DNA of 38,401 bases from a virus. Its lineage: Duplodnaviria > Caudoviricetes. Shown in pieces: positions 8,143 to 17,323 of this stretch. A program made the position numbers and the translations under genes. Position 1 is the stretch's first letter. Each line of letters starts with the position of its first letter. Under the pieces are notes generated by a model that was not told the DNA's origin, did not search any database, and saw only the letters and a list, made by a program, of their open reading frames with translations. Location of the stretch: the IMG/VR virus record IMGVR_UViG_3300042934_000350, positions 1 to 38,401 of that record; one strand, 5' to 3'.

Positions 8143-8688
8143 ATGAAGTGTAATGCAATCAGATTAACATTTACAGAGGGTGGATTAATGGAAATTACAT
8201 TGACCACCCCAAAGTCCCACCAAACAGAGCAGGAGGTCGCAGGAGCAGAGGAAATTATAGCGAAGGGCAAAGAGTTAGAAGTGGATATAAAGCAGTATAG
8301 ACAAAAGCGCAGCTTAGATGCCAACTCATATGCGTGGGCGCTTATCTCCAAAATAGCTGAAGCATGGCAACCGCCAGTGCCTAAAGAAGAAGTATATATC
8401 GAAATGCTAAAAAGGTATGGTCAGCGAGAACCTCAGTTAATATCGGTAATAGCTGATGCAGTAAGTATGGTGTATAGGGCAACAAACAATCATTGTACAG
8501 AGGTCGGTGATGGCACTGTAAACGGCAAAACCTTTAAGCATATGGCAATATTAATCGGCAGTAGTCAATATGACAGTAAAGCCATGGCTACGCTGATAGA
8601 GGGTATTATATCAGAGTGTAAAGACCTTAACATAGAAACGATCACAGAGAATGAGCGATTAAAAATGTTGAGTGAATGGGGGGAATAG
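8143..8688 (+). CDS. NinB/Orf-like recombination protein
   Basis: KRSLDANSYAWALISKIAE...GSSQYDSKAMATLIEGIISECKDLNI pattern. Confidence 0.6.
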   Translation: MKCNAIRLTFTEGGLMEITLTTPKSHQTEQEVAGAEEIIAKGKELEVDIKQYRQKRSLDANSYAWALISKIAEAWQPPVPKEEVYIEMLKRYGQREPQLISVIADAVSMVYRATNNHCTEVGDGTVNGKTFKHMAILIGSSQYDSKAMATLIEGIISECKDLNIETITENERLKMLSEWGE

Positions 8689-8691
8689 ATA

Positions 8692-8874
8692 GTGAACATA
8701 TATGAAATAAGTATTTTAATGTTATGGGGCTTATATTTTATAACTGGATTGCTATGTGCTAAAGAAATAAAGGACACAGCCAAAAAGAATAATATGAGGT
8801 GCAATATTGAGATGCAGTTGGTGATGATTGTATTTTGGTTGCCAGTACACATATCATTCAATCTAAATAAATAA
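8692..8874 (+). CDS. Hypothetical membrane protein
   Basis: Two hydrophobic segments; GGGGG RBS. Confidence 0.5.
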   Translation: MNIYEISILMLWGLYFITGLLCAKEIKDTAKKNNMRCNIEMQLVMIVFWLPVHISFNLNK

Positions 8875-8890
8875 ATGTGAGGTGAGTAAT

Positions 8891-9115
8891 ATGTCTGTCC
8901 ATGATAATAACTACTACATGGAGTTAGACAGAAGATACAACGGCTCAAAGTATGACTATGACGAGGTTACAAACGGTCATATAACAGCAGATAGAGAGAA
9001 GATATATATAAGATACTGTGACGGAAAACGTTGGTTAAAAAGACTTGTAGACCTTACGGAGATAGTCTATATAGATAAAGAAGCACCATACCAAAGACAT
9101 TTTAATATATGTTAG
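8891..9115 (+). CDS. Hypothetical protein
   Basis: GAGGTG RBS before ATG 8891. Confidence 0.6.
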   Translation: MSVHDNNYYMELDRRYNGSKYDYDEVTNGHITADREKIYIRYCDGKRWLKRLVDLTEIVYIDKEAPYQRHFNIC

Positions 9116-9125
9116 GAGGGGGCAA

Positions 9126-9557
9126 ATGAGTAACTATAGAGAATTAGTAATAGCTAAAGAACTGCATGAGAATATAAGGGATGGCTTACAAATTAGTTTA
9201 GATTATTGGACTAGAAAGTTTGAAAAGAGCGCACCTAGAGAAGTCAAAGGGCAAAACTACCAAAACTTAGATATGCCTAGGGGCGGTAGTGATGATAGTA
9301 CGCTCGACAAGGTAGTATATAATATAAACCATTTCACTAACCTAATACATACGGAAACTGAAACAATAGATAATCTGCAAATATGTATAGATAAAACGAA
9401 GGAAAGCATGAAGAAATCTAATGAACTTATGGATAAGGTGGCATTTCTAAAGTATGAGAAGGATGAAAACGGCAGGAAAAAGTATACATTACAAAATATA
9501 GCTGATATGTTAGTTTACTCGGTGGATTACATAAAAGAAATTAGCGCAAGAGTGTAA
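9126..9557 (+). CDS. Probable late transcriptional activator (RinA/ArpU-like)
   Basis: C-terminal sigma-region-4-like HTH (YTLQNIADMLVYSVDYIKEIS); last early gene before the packaging module. Confidence 0.65.
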   Translation: MSNYRELVIAKELHENIRDGLQISLDYWTRKFEKSAPREVKGQNYQNLDMPRGGSDDSTLDKVVYNINHFTNLIHTETETIDNLQICIDKTKESMKKSNELMDKVAFLKYEKDENGRKKYTLQNIADMLVYSVDYIKEISARV

Positions 9558-9571
9558 CAAGTGGTTGAAAC

Positions 9572-9616
9572 TACCCACTTTTACCCACTGACATATTGAC
9601 AAGGGGATGATATTCT
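9572..9616 (+). promoter_or_regulatory. Candidate late promoter with TACCCACT direct repeats
   Basis: TACCCACT at 9572 and 9582 (10-bp period) overlapping CTGACA-17 bp-TATTCT with an extended TG. Confidence 0.55.
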
Positions 9617-9671
9617 AAAGATGGGAGCAATCCCAAAGGCATCGACACCCCTCATGCCTTATATATAACTT

Positions 9672-9704
9672 AAGAAGCGCATCGCGATCTGATGCGCTTC
9701 TTTT
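9672..9704 (+). terminator. Intrinsic terminator in the late leader
   Basis: AAGAAGCGCATC gcgatct GATGCGCTTCTT followed by T residues. Confidence 0.75.
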
Positions 9705-9727
9705 ATATTCATTTTTAGGAGGTTCAT

Positions 9728-9901
9728 ATGGAGAAAATCATAGAAGTCCTAAAAGACTTTCAAAGACAATTACTAGACAATAAACAACTTGACATATCTC
9801 GTAGATGCCTAATAGAAAAGGCATTATTAAGAGCAGAAGAAGAATTAACATATGCTAATAAGCTATGTAAAGCAAATAATATAAAGCTGGTGAGTGAATG
9901 A
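9728..9901 (+). CDS. Hypothetical 57-aa protein
   Basis: AGGAGG RBS; ATGA overlap with the next gene. Confidence 0.6.
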   Translation: MEKIIEVLKDFQRQLLDNKQLDISRRCLIEKALLRAEEELTYANKLCKANNIKLVSE

Positions 9902-10899
9902 AAGATTGGCTAATAGATGCTATTAAGTTAGAAAAAGAAGGTAAGAGTATAACCGACATATCAAATGCCGTTGGAGAGAAGTATAAGACGGTACAGAGGG
10001 CATTACTGAGAGCTAAGAATAAACTGCAATACACCGATAAGAAAACATATGATGAAACTGATATAGATGAATACATGACTTTAATGAGAGCTATGCAAAG
10101 AGCTCAAGAAAAACTAAGTACTAAACAAGTTAAGGCCCATATAACTATAAATGATAATAAACCAATAGCAATAGCTTGTTGGGGAGATTGGCATCATGGG
10201 GCCATTGGAATAGACTATGCAAGATTTGATGAAGATGAAAAGACAATACATGATACAGATGGATTATATTGGGCCGGTATGGGAGATTACAAAGACAACT
10301 ATATAAGTCATACCCATGTAGGGGCCCAGTTTGAACAGATAATGCAACCAGGAATGCAAGACTTAGCAGTAAAAAGAATCATGCAGCGAGAAGCTGACAA
10401 CTGTATAGCATTAGTAAGAGGGTGCCATGATGATTGGGATAAAAAGAGTGGAGATAAAGACTTCATAGAAACCATGTGCGAAGTAATAGCAGAAGAACGT
10501 GGGGATGATGGCCCTATAAACTTATGGCATGGTGGAGATTTATACATAGAGTTAGGATCACAAGAGTATCACTTTAAACTTAGACATAAGTACAAATTCG
10601 AGAGCTCGCTAAATCCTGAGAATAGCATGAGAAGAATAATGGAAATGCAAGGCCCTTGTGATGTGGCTTGTAGTGCACATTTACACAACCCATATATGAT
10701 TATGCGCCACTTGATGGGTGAACATAGGATAATGGCCCGTAGTGGTTCGTATAAGATGTGGGATGAATTCGGTCAGAAATTAGCAGGATACAAGGGTAAA
10801 TCCGGTATACCTGTTATTATTTTATTCCCGGATAAAAAGCGAATGATACCAATGTACTTAGAAGATGCAGTAGATATGTTGAAAGTATTGAGAAAATAG
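9898..10899 (+). CDS. Calcineurin-like metallophosphoesterase with N-terminal HTH
   Basis: Motifs GDWHHG, GDY, GCHD, H, AHLH; N-terminal KSITDISNAVGEKYKTVQRAL HTH. Confidence 0.8.
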   Translation: MKDWLIDAIKLEKEGKSITDISNAVGEKYKTVQRALLRAKNKLQYTDKKTYDETDIDEYMTLMRAMQRAQEKLSTKQVKAHITINDNKPIAIACWGDWHHGAIGIDYARFDEDEKTIHDTDGLYWAGMGDYKDNYISHTHVGAQFEQIMQPGMQDLAVKRIMQREADNCIALVRGCHDDWDKKSGDKDFIETMCEVIAEERGDDGPINLWHGGDLYIELGSQEYHFKLRHKYKFESSLNPENSMRRIMEMQGPCDVACSAHLHNPYMIMRHLMGEHRIMARSGSYKMWDEFGQKLAGYKGKSGIPVIILFPDKKRMIPMYLEDAVDMLKVLRK

Positions 10900-11082
10900 G
10901 ATATTAAACACATACAAGAGATGTGTGAATATACAAGCGCGGTCTTTCTTTAAAGGCTATCAATAGCATTTTAAAGTTTGCTGAGGTTGAACAAAGACCA
11001 TAAAGTTTAGGTGCAGCGATTGAAAGTGTCGCAGGGATAACTTCTGCAAGGTGGGGGCAGGAGATAAATAGGAGGGGTAGAT

Positions 11083-11286
11083 ATGGGAATAGATATGAGC
11101 AATTACAAAATGATATACAAAGACCAAGTATTTAATGTAGTCGGTATAATCCCAATGTTATATGACGGAACTGTAAAAGACGGGATAAAGAAAGTTCAAT
11201 TCATCGAAGCGTCAGCAATTAATGAAGATGGCAATTTAATAATTATTAATGATGAAGCGTGGATGTTTAAATTTGTAAGAAGATAA
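11083..11286 (+). CDS. Hypothetical protein
   Basis: AGGAGGGG RBS. Confidence 0.65.
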   Translation: MGIDMSNYKMIYKDQVFNVVGIIPMLYDGTVKDGIKKVQFIEASAINEDGNLIIINDEAWMFKFVRR

Positions 11287-11337
11287 AGGAAATACTATAC
11301 ACTACAGTTAATACATAATCAAATGGAGGTGTAAAGG

Positions 11338-11499
11338 ATGGCGCAAGAATTTGTAAATGAATTAAAAGAATTAATGAAAAAGCATAAAGTAGAATCAATA
11401 AGACCTATGGACATGGAAGCAATAATATCGGTAAAAGAAAACATATTTAAAAATAACATAATAACTTTTGAGAGTAATGAAGAAATAACAGTAATTTAA
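11338..11499 (+). CDS. Hypothetical 53-aa protein
   Basis: GGAGGTG RBS. Confidence 0.6.
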   Translation: MAQEFVNELKELMKKHKVESIRPMDMEAIISVKENIFKNNIITFESNEEITVI

Positions 11500-11511
11500 G
11501 AGGTGAGTACA

Positions 11512-12111
11512 ATGGCAGATAAGCTAACAATTAAACAAGAGAAATATGCTCAAGGCTTATTTGCTGGACTATCACAGAGAGAAGCATATAAGCAGGCATA
11601 TCCATGTAAGAATATGAGCGATAAGACTATAGATGAAAACGCTTGCAGGCTCGCAGGAGATAGCAAGGTAGTAGCAAGGATAGAAAGTCTTACTAATGAA
11701 TTAAAAGAGCGTAATATGGTCACTGTAGAAAAGGTGTTAGCAGAGTATGCAAAGATAGGATTTGCTGATATAAAAGACTTCCTCAGATTTGGAATGAAAG
11801 ATGTTACTGTAGGAATTGACGAAGAAGGAAACGAAATTAAAATACCTAAGCAAGTGATTGAAGTAAAAGAAAGTGAAGAAGTGGATGGAACTCTTATAAG
11901 TGAAGTGGCAATAAGTGCAAAGGGAGTATTTAGCTTTAAGTTGCATGATAAAAAAGGCGCGTTAGATTCCATGGCTAAGCACTTGGGTATGTTTGTAGAA
12001 AAGGTAGAGAGTAAGAACCTTAATATAAATGATGATGTAAGCAATTTGACACCTGATGAAAGACAAAAGAGAATAGCAGAGTTACAAAAGACATTAGGAT
12101 ATAGCAAATAG
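11512..12111 (+). CDS. terS: Terminase small subunit
   Basis: LTIKQEKYAQ...SQREAYKQAY...VLAEYAKIGFADI...KLHDKKGALDSMAKHLGMF (Terminase_2 pattern). Confidence 0.9.
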   Translation: MADKLTIKQEKYAQGLFAGLSQREAYKQAYPCKNMSDKTIDENACRLAGDSKVVARIESLTNELKERNMVTVEKVLAEYAKIGFADIKDFLRFGMKDVTVGIDEEGNEIKIPKQVIEVKESEEVDGTLISEVAISAKGVFSFKLHDKKGALDSMAKHLGMFVEKVESKNLNINDDVSNLTPDERQKRIAELQKTLGYSK

Positions 12112-12300
12112 TGTATAATATTCAATATAGAACGCAATAATTATATAATAATTATGCAACAAAATGTAATGTTTATGCAGAATATTAGTAAAAAGTACCA
12201 AATTTATCGGCATTATACTTTTATTACTGTATAAAACTATCAAATATAGTGTGTGATTGCACGAAATTAAATTTTCGCGACAAATTTTGGAGGGGTAAAG

Positions 12301-12597
12301 ATGGGAACTATGTTTAGCATGGCATGTGAAGATTGCAAGGTGTGGTATGATTTAGACAAAATATACAATGCAATATGTTTAGCACCAAATATATTGGAGA
12401 TGCATAAGGGTCATAAAGTGTGCATATATAGTGAACACGCCGACGAATGTGTTGAAAAATATGAGTATTCAAAATCTTACAAGGAAGTTGAAATATGGGA
12501 AAAAGGAAATCTTAAAGAGGAATATAGAAATATGCCTTTGAAATGGACATATGAAGAGTTTAATAAAAGACAAGGTTTTAATCTATTGGAGGGGTAA
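12301..12597 (+). CDS. Hypothetical protein between terS and terL
   Basis: GGAGGGG RBS; CxxC and His residues. Confidence 0.65.
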   Translation: MGTMFSMACEDCKVWYDLDKIYNAICLAPNILEMHKGHKVCIYSEHADECVEKYEYSKSYKEVEIWEKGNLKEEYRNMPLKWTYEEFNKRQGFNLLEG

Positions 12598-12599
12598 GA

Positions 12600-12776
12600 A
12601 TGAAAGAGATAATATGTAAATGTGGAAATGATAAATTTCACGTAGGCACATATAAAGACTTAACAAAACAGTTCGCAATGTGTTCAGTTTGCAAAGCTAT
12701 ATATAACGATAAAGGCGAAGAAATAGAAATAAAGAAGTTAGAAGGGCATAAAGTATATCTCGTGCCTTTAAAATAG
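12600..12776 (+). CDS. Small Zn-ribbon-like protein (58 aa) between terS and terL
   Basis: MKEIICKCGNDKF...CSVCK; GGAGGGG RBS. Confidence 0.6.
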   Translation: MKEIICKCGNDKFHVGTYKDLTKQFAMCSVCKAIYNDKGEEIEIKKLEGHKVYLVPLK

Positions 12777-12784
12777 GTGATACA

Positions 12785-14263
12785 ATGGATAGAGAAAAAG
12801 CAGAGCTAGAACTTTTAAGGCTGTTAGAGGAAGAAGCAAGGGAGCAGACCAAAACAAACTATGCTAGATATGTTGAATATGTACATGAGGGAAGATGGCT
12901 ATTGTCAGCACATCTTCTTTTTGTTTGTGATAAAATACAACATCATATAGAGAGCGATGGTAAACAAATATTAATACTCACAATGCCACCGCAGCACGGC
13001 AAGAGCCAAGGAGTAACAGAAACATTGCCTAGTTATTATTTAGGCAAGAATCCTACTAAAAGAGTTATAGAAATATCATACGGCGACGACCTAGCACAAA
13101 GGTTCGGAAGAAGAAACAAACAAAAGATACAGCAATTTGGTAAAGAGTTATTTGACATAGAATTATCTAAAACTAGCGATACAGATTTTGAAATAGCAAA
13201 ATATAAAGGTTCAATGATTTCAAAAGGTATTATGGCCGGATTATCTGGAAACCCGGCGGATCTAATTATAATAGATGACCCTATAAAGAATAGGCAAGAA
13301 GCAGACAGCCAAACATATAGAGATAGAATGTGGGATGAATTTCTTAATTCAATCTATACTAGACTATCTGCAAAGGGCAAGATAATATTAATTCAAACTA
13401 GATGGCATGAGGATGATTTAGCAGGAAGAATATTATCGGCTATGCCGGAGAAAGTTGAATATATTAATATACCATGTGAAGCAGAGGAAAACGATATATT
13501 AAATCGTACCGTAGGTGATGCGCTATTCCCTGAAATAGGTAAGGATAATCTATGGCTACAAGAGTTTAAAAAGACATATGCAACAGCAGAAGGCAATAGA
13601 GCGTGGTTAGCATTATTCCAAGGTAGACCAACGGCAGAAGAAGGAAACCTTATCAAAAGGCAATGGTGGAAGTATTACGATAAACTACCTAACATGATTC
13701 AATTGATAATGTCAGTAGATGCTGCATTCAAGGATGAAGATACAAGCGACCCAGTGGCAATTCAAGTATGGGGCAAACGCAACGCAGATATGTATTTAAT
13801 AGATAACATCAATGCAAGAATGGACTTTCCTGCTACAGTACAGACAATAAGGAATGTAAAAGCTAAGTATCCTAAGATGGGTAGAATATTAATAGAAGAT
13901 AAAGCAAATGGATCCGCAACCATTCAAGTTTTGCGCAGAGAGATACCAGGTATAATAGCAATCAAACCGGAAGGTGGTAAAGTAGCAAGAGTTAATGCTG
14001 TATCTCATGCAATAGAGAGTGGCAATGTATATTTACCACAAAACGCAACGTGGGTAAATGACTTTGTAGAACAAGCAAGCGCATTTCCTAATGGTAAGCA
14101 TGATGACATGGTAGATGCTATGTCACAGGCTTTAAATAGATTTATGTACTACAGCGCAGATATACCATCTACAGTAGAACCCACAGAAGATTTAACACCA
14201 CAGCAAAAGTACACAAAAGATATTAGGAGTATGACCAAAATACCAAAAGGATTTCATGGATAG
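12785..14263 (+). CDS. terL: Terminase large subunit
   Basis: Walker A PPQHGKS, Walker B IIIDDP, TRWHEDD, nuclease acidic motifs SVDAAF and HDDMVDA. Confidence 0.95.
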   Translation: MDREKAELELLRLLEEEAREQTKTNYARYVEYVHEGRWLLSAHLLFVCDKIQHHIESDGKQILILTMPPQHGKSQGVTETLPSYYLGKNPTKRVIEISYGDDLAQRFGRRNKQKIQQFGKELFDIELSKTSDTDFEIAKYKGSMISKGIMAGLSGNPADLIIIDDPIKNRQEADSQTYRDRMWDEFLNSIYTRLSAKGKIILIQTRWHEDDLAGRILSAMPEKVEYINIPCEAEENDILNRTVGDALFPEIGKDNLWLQEFKKTYATAEGNRAWLALFQGRPTAEEGNLIKRQWWKYYDKLPNMIQLIMSVDAAFKDEDTSDPVAIQVWGKRNADMYLIDNINARMDFPATVQTIRNVKAKYPKMGRILIEDKANGSATIQVLRREIPGIIAIKPEGGKVARVNAVSHAIESGNVYLPQNATWVNDFVEQASAFPNGKHDDMVDAMSQALNRFMYYSADIPSTVEPTEDLTPQQKYTKDIRSMTKIPKGFHG

Positions 14264-14274
14264 GAGGGGTAATA

Positions 14275-14415
14275 GTGAAGGTTAAAGAACTGATTGAAAT
14301 ATTGCAAAAGCTAGACCAAGAAAAAGAAATATGCATAGATTCTGATGGACTTACTTGCAGCATAGTAGAAAATTATATTATTGAGGAAGATGACAAATAC
14401 ACAATAGAAACATAG
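14275..14415 (+). CDS. Hypothetical 46-aa protein
   Basis: AGGAGGGG RBS, GTG start, MKVKELIEILQKLDQEKEI. Confidence 0.55.
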   Translation: MKVKELIEILQKLDQEKEICIDSDGLTCSIVENYIIEEDDKYTIET

Positions 14416-14428
14416 AGAAGGTGAGTAA

Positions 14429-14644
14429 ATGAGCTACCTAATAGGAGCAACAGCAATGTTGTTCTTTTTTATTGCACTTGGTGGAAGTGGTTATATAGGT
14501 TATAGACTAGGCAAGAAGTCAAAGCCTACTGTAAAGCCATTAACAGCAGATGAAAAGCTAAAGATAGAACGGAAGGAAAAAGCCTTCAAAGCAATTTTAA
14601 ACTATGACATTAATACTGCAATGGGAAAGAAGGTGAGTAAGTGA
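14429..14644 (+). CDS. Hypothetical membrane protein
   Basis: N-terminal transmembrane segment. Confidence 0.6.
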   Translation: MSYLIGATAMLFFFIALGGSGYIGYRLGKKSKPTVKPLTADEKLKIERKEKAFKAILNYDINTAMGKKVSK

Positions 14645-16413
14645 GTAAATACACAGGCACTAAGACAGATGACTGGAAGAAATATGAGGATGGTATTAAG
14701 TTCAACAATAGGTTAAAACCAAACTATTACGATGCTGTTAATACCTCGATAGACTTCTTTAATGACAAGCAATGGAGAAACCTAGAGAGCGAAGATTTTC
14801 CGGCTCCGGTATTCAATTACATTAAAAGAGTTATAACCTATTTTGTAGCATTTATGACTTCTAGTAAGGTTAAGTTAAAACTAGAACCCCTAGCATATGC
14901 CGAAGATGATGATAATCCTGATACAGAAGCAAGCAAAATTGCAAGCGCTGAGATTGATAATCTATTTGAAAAATTTAAGATGGAGAACAGGTATAGAGAT
15001 GCTTGTTTTGATGGCGCAATTATGGGAGATGCGTGCGCCCATATGTGGTGGGACAGTACAGCTAAGCCATACGGCGGTGCGTTTAAGGTTTTAGATCCAA
15101 TGTATGAACAACTAGAAGGTGAAATATGCTTTGAGTTAGTAGATGGAACGAATGTGTTCCTGGGAAATGCCAACAATCCTCGCATTGATACTAAGACGCA
15201 GCCATATGTAGGTATAAGTGGTAGAGATATGGTAGCGAACTTAAAAGCAGAAGCAGAGCTGTATAAAGACAATCAAAAGGAAAACATCACATCTGATCAA
15301 AACTACAACTATGAAGCCGGAGATAGTGCAAAGATAGAATTAGAAGCTGATGACAATGGAAAGGCTACATACTTCTTGCTATATAAATACAACCCGGAAA
15401 CAAAAACAATATTTGTAAGTAAGTGTACCGAGGGCGCATACATCTATAGGGACATAGATACAGAATTGAGTTACTACCCTGTGGCATGGGCAAATTGGGA
15501 AAAACAAAAGAATTGCTATCATGGCAGAGGTACTTGTTTTGGTATCATACCTACTCAGATATTTATCAATAGAATGTTTGCAAAAATCATGTTCCACTTA
15601 GATAAAACAGCTTTTCCAAAGGTAATTTACAATGCAGATGCAATCGAGACTTGGGATGATGGAGTAGGTGAAGCAATAGGACTTCAAAACATGGAACCCG
15701 GTGAATCTGTTAATAATGTAGCAGCTTACATGCAACCATCTCAAATGTCGGCACAAATAGTGCAAGTAATACAACTAGCCATACAATACCTTAAAGAAAC
15801 ATTGGGTATTAACGACAGTATGTTAGGCAATGTAAACCCAGAGCAAGCAAGTGGAAGAAGTATAGCAATCACAGTAAAGCAATCCTCAATACCTTTAGAC
15901 AATCCACAATCTAATATGTATGAGTGGATAGAGGATATAGGCAGAATTCTAATTGATATGATGGGTACTAACTATAAAGAAAGACCGATAGTAATAACCC
16001 GAGATGGTCAAAAGGTTGTTGAAACATTCGATTTTAGTGTATTTAAAAATATGTGGCTGAATGTTAAGTGTGATGTAGGCCCTTCTACTTATTGGTCAGA
16101 AGAAGCTCTGGTTGAAATGCTAGATAATTTATTAAGCATGCATGATCCATTATTCGATATGATTACCTACCTTGAAAGTTTGCCAGAAGCTTACAAAAAT
16201 GAAGACTTAATTGATAAGCTTAAACAAAAGATGGAACAATCTGCAGAGATGCAAGAATTCAAACAAGCTAAATATGAAAAGATGGCGCAATTCATGGAAA
16301 CATTACCACCTGAGATACAAAAACAACTTCAAAGTATGCCGTCTGAGAAGATGGAAAAGCAAGTACAGCAAATGATGCAACAACGGGGTAATAGTAATAC
16401 ATTGCCTCAATAA
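14641..16413 (+). CDS. Portal protein (large, podovirus/P22-like type)
   Basis: 590 aa after terL; FFNDKQW, PVFNYIKR, ETLGINDSMLG and ASGRSI motifs; Q-rich tail. Confidence 0.85.
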   Translation: MSKYTGTKTDDWKKYEDGIKFNNRLKPNYYDAVNTSIDFFNDKQWRNLESEDFPAPVFNYIKRVITYFVAFMTSSKVKLKLEPLAYAEDDDNPDTEASKIASAEIDNLFEKFKMENRYRDACFDGAIMGDACAHMWWDSTAKPYGGAFKVLDPMYEQLEGEICFELVDGTNVFLGNANNPRIDTKTQPYVGISGRDMVANLKAEAELYKDNQKENITSDQNYNYEAGDSAKIELEADDNGKATYFLLYKYNPETKTIFVSKCTEGAYIYRDIDTELSYYPVAWANWEKQKNCYHGRGTCFGIIPTQIFINRMFAKIMFHLDKTAFPKVIYNADAIETWDDGVGEAIGLQNMEPGESVNNVAAYMQPSQMSAQIVQVIQLAIQYLKETLGINDSMLGNVNPEQASGRSIAITVKQSSIPLDNPQSNMYEWIEDIGRILIDMMGTNYKERPIVITRDGQKVVETFDFSVFKNMWLNVKCDVGPSTYWSEEALVEMLDNLLSMHDPLFDMITYLESLPEAYKNEDLIDKLKQKMEQSAEMQEFKQAKYEKMAQFMETLPPEIQKQLQSMPSEKMEKQVQQMMQQRGNSNTLPQ

Positions 16414-16452
16414 AAATAATGTCTTATAGAGCCTTTAAATAGGCTCTTGTCC

Positions 16453-16478
16453 AACACTTTAACGAGTGTTTTTTTATT
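16453..16478 (+). terminator. Intrinsic terminator-like hairpin after the portal gene
   Basis: AACACTT taacG AGTGTT followed by a T run. Confidence 0.55.
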
Positions 16479-16520
16479 GCCCAAATTTATTCGCCAACCA
16501 TAGCGAAAGGAGAACAAAAC

Positions 16521-17309
16521 ATGAATGAATTTAAAATTGATCTACAACTATTTGCTGGGGAGGATGACTTCTCAGATGTAGTGTTAGATGAAACTGCCAC
16601 ACCAACGGCAGAAATAGATGACATTTCAACAGAGCCTATTGAGGAACCAACCATACCAAAGGTTGGTTCCACAGAGCCAGTACAGACAGAACCAAAATTC
16701 AAAATCAAATACAACCACCAAGAAGAAGAAGTTGACTTGCCTACAATTACAGAACTTGCGCAAAAGGGCAAGAACTACGACAAGCTTCAAGAAAAATTGC
16801 AAGGTTTAGAAAAATCTCCTGCATTAGCTTATGTTGAAAAGCTTGCAAAAGCCAACAACATGACAGTTGACCAAATAGTACAGCACTGGCAACAAGCAGA
16901 CGAGCAAGCAGAGATACAAGCACTTGCAGAAAAAGACAACGTGCCTTACGAAATAGCAGAAAGGCTCTACAGAGTAGAACAAAAAGCCAATCAGACAGAA
17001 ACAAGGCTGAATACTGAACAGCAAACCAAAGCTGAACAGGAAAAACAGCAAAAAGAATTCAATGAATTTTTCGAGAATTACCCTGATGTAAAAGCCGACT
17101 CCGTACCAAAGGAAGTCTGGGAACGAAGGGAAAAAACGGGAAAATCATTGTCAGATGCTATGGCATGGCACGAAAACCAACAGCTAAAGAGTGAAATAAA
17201 ACTATTAAAACAGAACGCAGAGAATGCGAAGAAGGCTCCCGTCGGTTCGGTGACGGCACATGGCAGCAAAGAAATCGAGGATTCCGACTTCGCAGGCTTT
17301 GACGATTAA
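16521..17309 (+). CDS. Capsid scaffolding protein
   Basis: Acidic coiled-coil protein between portal and capsid; N-terminal DLQLFA motif; QKGKNYDK motif. Confidence 0.8.
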   Translation: MNEFKIDLQLFAGEDDFSDVVLDETATPTAEIDDISTEPIEEPTIPKVGSTEPVQTEPKFKIKYNHQEEEVDLPTITELAQKGKNYDKLQEKLQGLEKSPALAYVEKLAKANNMTVDQIVQHWQQADEQAEIQALAEKDNVPYEIAERLYRVEQKANQTETRLNTEQQTKAEQEKQQKEFNEFFENYPDVKADSVPKEVWERREKTGKSLSDAMAWHENQQLKSEIKLLKQNAENAKKAPVGSVTAHGSKEIEDSDFAGFDD

Positions 17310-17323
17310 AGGAGAGATAAAAT

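Noticed and set aside
11550-12137. Long minus-strand ORFs opposite structural genes (also 14838-15272, 25151-25642, 26000-26659 and others)
   Set aside because: Antisense shadows of well-supported plus-strand genes; no RBS or recognisable motifs
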